Shown in pieces: positions 58,344 through 64,000 of a stretch of 64,000 bases of DNA. Origin of the DNA: Candidatus Levyibacteriota bacterium (GTDB taxonomy: Bacteria; Patescibacteriota; Microgenomatia; Levybacterales; UBA12049); assembly GCA_016182185.1 (NCBI GenBank), contig JACOXU010000003.1:57974-121973 (forward strand), given 5' to 3'. The notes beneath the pieces were generated by a model, which saw nothing but the letters and a program-made list of their open reading frames with translations, was not told the DNA's origin and did not search any database. Each line of letters starts with the position of its first letter. The first letter of the stretch is position 1. The translations under genes were made by a program, and so were the position numbers.

Positions 58344-58550
58344 TTACCTAAGTTTTTTTGATTCTATTGTTGTAGTGACTAAACTTACTTGATCAATACT
58401 TGGCAAAGTTTTATTTGTCGGGTTACGGTCTGTATTTAGAGAGCGTCCAAATTGATGCTCTTCAATTAGTTTACTAAATCCATTTAAAGAGTCGTGGACC
58501 CTCCTGATCCTAGTACCTACAAGTCTACGGTCTAGTTCAAGACTTGACAT
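58344..58550 (-). CDS. small hypothetical protein
   Basis: 68-aa ORF downstream of a TTGACT..TATACT-like promoter. Confidence 0.35.
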   Translation of the reverse strand: MSSLELDRRLVGTRIRRVHDSLNGFSKLIEEHQFGRSLNTDRNPTNKTLPSIDQVSLVTTTIESKKLR

Positions 58551-58607
58551 ATAAATACTACTAAACTAGCTTATAGTATACATCGTAGAAATTAAAAAGT
58601 CAATAGC

Positions 58608-58883
58608 TTACTGTCCTCCGCCCAACAGTCCTTGAAGACCTCCGCCCATTGATTGTAGTTTTCTGGCCGCCACCTCCTGGGATTTTTTGATTGCCTCATT
58701 TACTGCTTCTTTTATGTCGTTATCCGACCGATCATTACTGTTTAATTCCTTTATCTTCTGATCTCCCGTTATAAGAATGTCAACGCCGTTTTTTGAAACT
58801 TGAACTTCCTCTTTTTGAAGCTCTCTTTGGATTTCCATTGCCTGGTCCCGCATTTTCTTAAGATCTTTTAACTGCTGAAACAT
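58608..58883 (-). CDS. YbaB/EbfC nucleoid-associated protein
   Basis: Sequence pattern and position directly after dnaX. Confidence 0.8.
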   Translation of the reverse strand: MFQQLKDLKKMRDQAMEIQRELQKEEVQVSKNGVDILITGDQKIKELNSNDRSDNDIKEAVNEAIKKSQEVAARKLQSMGGGLQGLLGGGQ

Positions 58884-58887
58884 AAAA

Positions 58888-60303
58888 TCACCCCCTTAAT
58901 AATACTGACATTTTAACTTTTTTTCCAGTAATTTCTTCTATAACTTTTTCAATCAATGTCCGAACCCTTACATCTTCTAACTTTTCTTTATGAAATTTGA
59001 ATTTTGCTTCAATCTCAAGTTTTTTCCCGTCAAAGTTTTTAAGAATACATCCTCTGAGAAGCCCTGCTGCAGAATGGTTGTGAGGTTTTACTTTGGCAAT
59101 AAGTTGAGCAAAAATATCTTGGCGCGGGAAGCTCACAAAATTTTCTCTGTTCGCGTTTGCGCCATCTGACTTGGGGATTTCGGGCAAATTTTTTCCCGCG
59201 TTGCGAACAGGAAAATTTTCGTGAGCGACCTCGGCGCCAATACACCACTCAACAATTGCCATTTCAAGCGGCATTTGTGGCAAAACCGCAAATTTCAGTT
59301 GAGAACTTGCCCTTACAAAGAGTTCTGTTAACTCTTTTATTTCATCTAAGCTTAATGACGCCTCTGGTTCTTTGTCCTTAACAACACCTACATTTATCAA
59401 AAGCAGTTCATGCATTTTAAGTATCAGTTGTTCGAGAAAAAATTTCATATCAATTCCCTGCTCTGTCATTTTCCCCACCATCTCAAGACTCCCTTTTACA
59501 TCTTTTTCTGTCAAAAGCCTGAACATCCCTGAAATATAAGATGATAAGTTTGAAATTTGAAATTTTTTCTCAACTATTTCCTTGGTAATTTTCCTGTTTC
59601 CGATTCCTGAATGTATTTCTTCAAGAATCTTGACTCCGTCCCTAAAGCTCCCGTCGGAAAGATCAGAAATTGCCGAAAGTGCATCCTTATCTATGGAAAT
59701 TTTTTCTTGTTTTGCGATTCTTAAGAATGAACGAATTAACTCATCCATGGTTGCTCTCTTAAAAACTATATGGAAACAGCGGGATACAATTGTCGCCGGA
59801 ACTTTATGAGGTTCAGTTGTGCAGAGAATAAACACTACATGATTTGGGGGCTCCTCAAGAGTCTTCAAAAGCGCATTGAATGCCTCAGTGGTAAGCATGT
59901 GAACTTCATCAATAATATAGATTTTTTTATGGGCTCCTGCTGGGGACAGTCTTACCTTTTCACGCAAATCCCTTATCTCATCAATTCCTCTATTTGATGC
60001 TCCATCAATCTCTAAAACATCTATATTGGTTCCATTTGTAATCGATACGCATTGAGCACATTTATTGCAGGGCTCCAAAACTGACTTTTGACTTTTGCCT
60101 TTTGACTTTTGCCTTAATTTTTCGCAATTAACTGCCTTCGCTACAATTCTTGCCGCAGATGTTTTGCCTAAGCCTTTAGGCCCAGTAAAGAGAAGCGCAT
60201 GAATCGATGATTTTTTTGCCAGAAAAGCCGTTAGCTTTTCACGAACCTCACTATTGTCGAGTTCATCTATTTTTTGAGGTCTGTATTTACGATAGAAAAC
60301 CAT
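58888..60303 (-). CDS. dnaX: DNA polymerase III gamma/tau with in-frame ~38-aa insertion
   Basis: YRKYRP, GPKGLGKTS, EIDGASNRG, IIDEVHML, LLKTLEEPP, SRC. Confidence 0.97.
   Translation of the reverse strand: MVFYRKYRPQKIDELDNSEVREKLTAFLAKKSSIHALLFTGPKGLGKTSAARIVAKAVNCEKLRQKSKGKSQKSVLEPCNKCAQCVSITNGTNIDVLEIDGASNRGIDEIRDLREKVRLSPAGAHKKIYIIDEVHMLTTEAFNALLKTLEEPPNHVVFILCTTEPHKVPATIVSRCFHIVFKRATMDELIRSFLRIAKQEKISIDKDALSAISDLSDGSFRDGVKILEEIHSGIGNRKITKEIVEKKFQISNLSSYISGMFRLLTEKDVKGSLEMVGKMTEQGIDMKFFLEQLILKMHELLLINVGVVKDKEPEASLSLDEIKELTELFVRASSQLKFAVLPQMPLEMAIVEWCIGAEVAHENFPVRNAGKNLPEIPKSDGANANRENFVSFPRQDIFAQLIAKVKPHNHSAAGLLRGCILKNFDGKKLEIEAKFKFHKEKLEDVRVRTLIEKVIEEITGKKVKMSVLLRG
59119..59240. repeat. 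palindromic element in-frame in dnaX
   Basis: TTGGCGC/GCGCCAA ends, GCTCAC/GTGAGC and AAAATTTTC/GAAAATTTT arms; encodes AEVAHENFPVRNAGK...ENFVSFPR. Confidence 0.88.
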
Positions 60304-60374
60304 ATCCTGAAAATTTCTAAATCCTAATTTCTAATTTCTAAAATTTTTTTAGATTAATTAGATTAATTGTGAAT

Positions 60375-60761
60375 TTATTCATGATGTAATCCGAGCAAGT
60401 GCATTAGTCCGTGTTCAACAAGCTGATCAATTTTATCATCAACCAGCATTTCTTCTTTTGCCGCTTCTTTTATGACCTCCGGATATGAAATAACTACATC
60501 ACCCAAGAAAAGAACATCGGAATAAGAAGGTGTGGATTCTCCTTCAGTGAGCGAGAAGGACAGAACATTTCGAGTTTTATCTTCATTCTTATATTTTTTG
60601 CTCAAAGAACGCATCTTGCGATCCCCTACAATCGCAATGGAGACTTCGGCCTTCCCCGCAATGTCCTTGCTATTTAGTATTTTGGACACTAAATTTCTAA
60701 TTCTTTTTCTATCCACTTTATATCTGCTCTCAACATAAATGGGGACTGAAATTTCTGCCAT
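60375..60761 (-). CDS. ybeY: rRNA maturation RNase YbeY
   Basis: VLSF, LGDVVIS, HGLMHLLGLHH. Confidence 0.93.
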   Translation of the reverse strand: MAEISVPIYVESRYKVDRKRIRNLVSKILNSKDIAGKAEVSIAIVGDRKMRSLSKKYKNEDKTRNVLSFSLTEGESTPSYSDVLFLGDVVISYPEVIKEAAKEEMLVDDKIDQLVEHGLMHLLGLHHE

Positions 60762-60764
60762 AAG

Positions 60765-60956
60765 TTATACCCAAGTCTTTTTGACTCTTCTTGCTTCTTC
60801 TTGCTTTTGCTTTCGAGCAAGTGAAGGCTTCAGATAAAACTCTCGTCTTTTTGCCTCCTGGATTATTCCTCCGGCAATAACTTTTCTTGAGAATTTTCGA
60901 ATCAAAGACTCATCACTTTCTCCCGGCATTTTTTTAACAACTACCATAATGAACAA
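60765..60956 (-). CDS. rpsU: 30S ribosomal protein S21
   Basis: GES.ESLIRKF.RKV...GII.E...REFY.KPS. Confidence 0.9.
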   Translation of the reverse strand: MFIMVVVKKMPGESDESLIRKFSRKVIAGGIIQEAKRREFYLKPSLARKQKQEEARRVKKTWV

Positions 60957-61020
60957 ACACCCCCTTCTTAAAACAAAATTCCAAAATCTAAATCTCGAAT
61001 TCCAAATAAACTTAAATTAT

Positions 61021-61139
61021 GCTGTGCGGGGAGCTTTCAAATTTTTGGAGCACGCATTTGCGCCTTCTGAGTTTCTATTCTAAGCAAAGTTGCCCGCTCT
61101 GCGAGCGCACAAAAATTTCGGAAGCGACCTCAGCATAGC
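61021..61139. repeat. intergenic copy of the palindromic element
   Basis: GCGGGGAGCTTTCAAATTTTT ... AAAAATTTCGGAAGCGACCTCAGCA matches the ends of the prs copy. Confidence 0.85.
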
Positions 61140-61148
61140 CCTATTTTA

Positions 61149-61475
61149 CTACATTTTTACTTTTTTACCGACCGGACCGACTACATGAAAATGTAAATGG
61201 TCGATAATCTGCGCTCCCCCTCCGTTTAGTACAAGTCTATAGCCCTTATCCTTAAGCTCTGTTTTCTTTACCATTTTTTGAATAGTATTTGCCAATTTAC
61301 CAAAAAGTTTATCATTTTTAAGTTCCAAAAAATCGGTTATATGTTCCTTCGGAACTACCAAGAGATGGGTTGAGGCAATCGGATTTATATCCGAAAATAC
61401 CATTATTTCATCATCTTCATAGGTAAAATCCTTTGGAATTTCTTTCTTTGCAATTTTGCAAAAAATACAATCCAT
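61149..61475 (-). CDS. HIT family nucleotide hydrolase
   Basis: DCIFCKI, DINP..HLLVVPKEH, HLHFHVVG. Confidence 0.93.
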   Translation of the reverse strand: MDCIFCKIAKKEIPKDFTYEDDEIMVFSDINPIASTHLLVVPKEHITDFLELKNDKLFGKLANTIQKMVKKTELKDKGYRLVLNGGGAQIIDHLHFHVVGPVGKKVKM

Positions 61476-61542
61476 AAAATTTCTAATTATTCTAATCTGT
61501 AATTAACCTAAATGACTTGAAAATTAGGTCAATTAGGTCAAT

Positions 61543-62469
61543 TTAGATTGTCTCTAGCACTTTTATTATATCACTCAATGACAATCTGGTTGCTTTCATC
61601 TTAGGGTTTTTAACCGAGCCGTTTAAAAGCATTTTCTTACCAACATGCAGGAACCATGTTGCCTGGGGATCTACTTTACTGAGTTTTTCATAGGTCAGAG
61701 TCAAGTCTATGTCTACATTTTTCGTATCTTCGGGTTTTTCAAAAACCATGCTCTCATCTCTTGGCCGTGCTTTGATACGGACATAACCCTTTCTCGGATC
61801 CTTACGAACTACCAAAACGTATCCCTTTTTTTGCGCGAGCTTGATGACTGAATCATTGATAGTTTCAAAACCTATTCCTTCACCAAATCTAGTTTTAAAT
61901 TTTATTCCTTTTCCGATTTCTTTTTCTGCCCAAATTTTATTCTCAAACTCATGCAAAAGCGCATCGAGATTTCGACTCATAAAGTCAACATAAAATTCAT
62001 CATGGTCAGGCTTTTCTATCTTAAGCCCATCCAAAATTCCAATAAGTGAAAAGTCGTGATAATCAGCAACGGGGTTTTCCCAAAAAACTTCCTTAAAATG
62101 ATCTATGTCAACAATTATTTTTATCAATCTTTCAAGCGCAGATAGCTTCTCAGGACTTATAGCTTGATTACGCAAAAGGTGTTCAGCTTTAACAAAGTCA
62201 AGTGTAAGACTTGCAGCACAAACCTTGTCACTCGCTGTCTGGTGATGATCCAAAGGTCCTAATCCAGTATCTACATGAATCACTTCATCATTATTTATAT
62301 TTTCTATCGGACCTCGTTGATTAGGCGCAAGTACGACATTTTTAAACCGTTCACCAGCCGGTACAAATTCTACTTTTGCGCTTTCCCACCCCGGCATAAA
62401 TTTTTTGATCACCCAGACAGATGAAACTGCATCCAAATCCGGTGATGAATGCGTAACTATAATTTTCAT
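61543..62469 (-). CDS. DHH/MYG1-like metallohydrolase
   Basis: VTHSSPDLDA, HVDTG...LDHHQ. Confidence 0.6.
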   Translation of the reverse strand: MKIIVTHSSPDLDAVSSVWVIKKFMPGWESAKVEFVPAGERFKNVVLAPNQRGPIENINNDEVIHVDTGLGPLDHHQTASDKVCAASLTLDFVKAEHLLRNQAISPEKLSALERLIKIIVDIDHFKEVFWENPVADYHDFSLIGILDGLKIEKPDHDEFYVDFMSRNLDALLHEFENKIWAEKEIGKGIKFKTRFGEGIGFETINDSVIKLAQKKGYVLVVRKDPRKGYVRIKARPRDESMVFEKPEDTKNVDIDLTLTYEKLSKVDPQATWFLHVGKKMLLNGSVKNPKMKATRLSLSDIIKVLETI

Positions 62470-62578
62470 TTAAAATTTAAAATTTTGATTGAGTTATAGT
62501 ATACCCTTTCCGAAGCAAAAAAGGAAGTACAACTTGACAAAAAGTGGTAAATAAATCACTATATAATTGAACTGTCCT

Positions 62579-62857
62579 ATGAACCCGAAAAATCTGACCC
62601 AGCTTGATCCCAAACTCAAAGAAGCTTACGAAAGAGTAATGGGAACATCTGTGCCTCCTCCTGCCCCGGCAGCAACACCTGCTCCCATCCACCAAGAACC
62701 TCAATCTGCTCCCCAAACATCAAATCAGGTAGTTGTCAATAAAAAAAGAGGTGGCTTATCACCTGTGCTTATTGCAATTGCAATAATTTTATTTTTTACA
62801 ATCTATACGATTGTGTGGGTTATGGTGTTTGGTCTTAAAGTTCCTTTTCTTCCTTAA
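62579..62857 (+). CDS. small membrane protein
   Basis: LDPKLKEAYERVMG, P-rich linker, C-terminal TM; TTGACA..TATAAT upstream. Confidence 0.6.
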   Translation: MNPKNLTQLDPKLKEAYERVMGTSVPPPAPAATPAPIHQEPQSAPQTSNQVVVNKKRGGLSPVLIAIAIILFFTIYTIVWVMVFGLKVPFLP

Positions 62858-64000
62858 GTCTTTTTTCAGCCTCTTCAATACTCAAAAGCTCTTTTTTTTC
62901 TTTATTTCTCTCTTTCCATTCGATTTTATCTCCTGTTTTTTCAGACAAAACCAGTCTTGCCGGAATACCGATTAGATCGGCATCCGCAAACTTTTCTCCC
63001 GGAGAGACTTCTCTGTCATCATACAAAATATCAATTCCGCTCTTTTGCAAATTATTGTAAATCTTCTCCGCCTTGTTAATTGTTGATCGTGAATTGTTAA
63101 CTGTTAAGAAATGAGCCTGGTAAGGAGCAACAGATCTTGGCCAAATAATTCCATTTTCGTCATGATGAACTTCAACAATTACTCCCATTACACGGGAAAT
63201 TCCTATGCCGTAACAACCCATGTAAACAAACTGATCTTTTCCGTCTTTGTCTTTATAAACGAGATTAAACGGTTCGGAAAATTTATTTTTGAGGGGAAAG
63301 ATATTACCAACTTCGGCAACTTTTACTCTCTTAAGCGATCCGTGTCCCAAATCACATTGCTTGTTCTCAAGTTTCTCCGGATTTTCAATTATTTCAACAT
63401 TTTCCGCATAATCTCCGCCGGGACAATAAATAATTTGATCTTCTCCGCTTTCGCAAATCACCTGATATTCATGGGAAAATTTTGAAAAAGTTCCGCCTGC
63501 TGCCCTGGTTTCAATTGCCGAAAGGCCTAATCTGTTGAAAGTATTTATATAAACTTTTTTCATCTTCTCATAATATTCCATCATATTCTTTTCATCCGCA
63601 TGAAAAGAATATAAATCCTTCATCAGAAATTCTCTTCCGCGCAAAAGCCCTGCCTTGGCTCTTGCCTCGTCTCTAAATTTATTTTGAATTTGATAGACAT
63701 AAATTGGTAAATCACGATAAGAACTGATAAATTCCGAAATAAGAGGCACTAATACCTCCTCGTGGGTCGGACCAAGTGCATATTCTTTTTCGAATTTACT
63801 TGCAAGCCTGAAGAGCGCGTCAAAACTTTCCCATCGTCCGGTTTTCTCCCAGTTCTCTTTGCCCTGAAGAGACGACAGTAGAACTTCTTGCCCTCCGGCT
63901 TTGTTCATTTCTTCTCTAACGATTTGAGCTATTTTATTAAGCGCTCTAAGTCCAAGGGGTAAAAAATTATACACGCCGGCAACTTCTTTTCGGATAAATC
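62835..64000 (-). CDS. proS: proline--tRNA ligase (5' end outside window)
   Basis: LGPTHEE, KFRDE.R...GLLRGREFLMKD, EVGNIF, MGCYGIG, GEKFADADLIG. Confidence 0.96.
   Translation of the reverse strand, partial: FIRKEVAGVYNFLPLGLRALNKIAQIVREEMNKAGGQEVLLSSLQGKENWEKTGRWESFDALFRLASKFEKEYALGPTHEEVLVPLISEFISSYRDLPIYVYQIQNKFRDEARAKAGLLRGREFLMKDLYSFHADEKNMMEYYEKMKKVYINTFNRLGLSAIETRAAGGTFSKFSHEYQVICESGEDQIIYCPGGDYAENVEIIENPEKLENKQCDLGHGSLKRVKVAEVGNIFPLKNKFSEPFNLVYKDKDGKDQFVYMGCYGIGISRVMGVIVEVHHDENGIIWPRSVAPYQAHFLTVNNSRSTINKAEKIYNNLQKSGIDILYDDREVSPGEKFADADLIGIPARLVLSEKTGDKIEWKERNKEKKELLSIEEAEKRLKEEKEL

Overview
AT-rich bacterial chromosome segment whose gene content and style suggest a Patescibacteria/CPR organism, probably Microgenomates (inference). 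Housekeeping genes sit at both ends (ssb-rpsF-ychF; cysS-recR-prs-ybaB-dnaX-ybeY-rpsU-hit-proS). Between them lie small accessory/TA/AbiV genes, a DipZ-thioredoxin module, a stress/two-component locus, a type IV pilus cluster, a chemosensory (che) operon without cheR and an ECF sigma/anti-sigma pair. The most striking signal is a pair of GC-rich, foreign-looking cargo genes: an unknown membrane protein (7668-8288) and an intact archaeal-type FBP aldolase/phosphatase (23051-24229). Each is enclosed in a homologous AT-rich non-coding scaffold with its own promoter, a 5' hairpin, long-range 5'-3' helices that loop out the cargo, a switch-like alternative fold, a conserved anti-Shine-Dalgarno motif and two conserved 3' hairpins whose variation preserves pairing only on the coding strand. 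I do not recognise this architecture. A second notable system is a ~117-bp palindromic element inserted in-frame into ychF, prs and dnaX and also found intergenically. All folds were derived by eye and no database searches were run.
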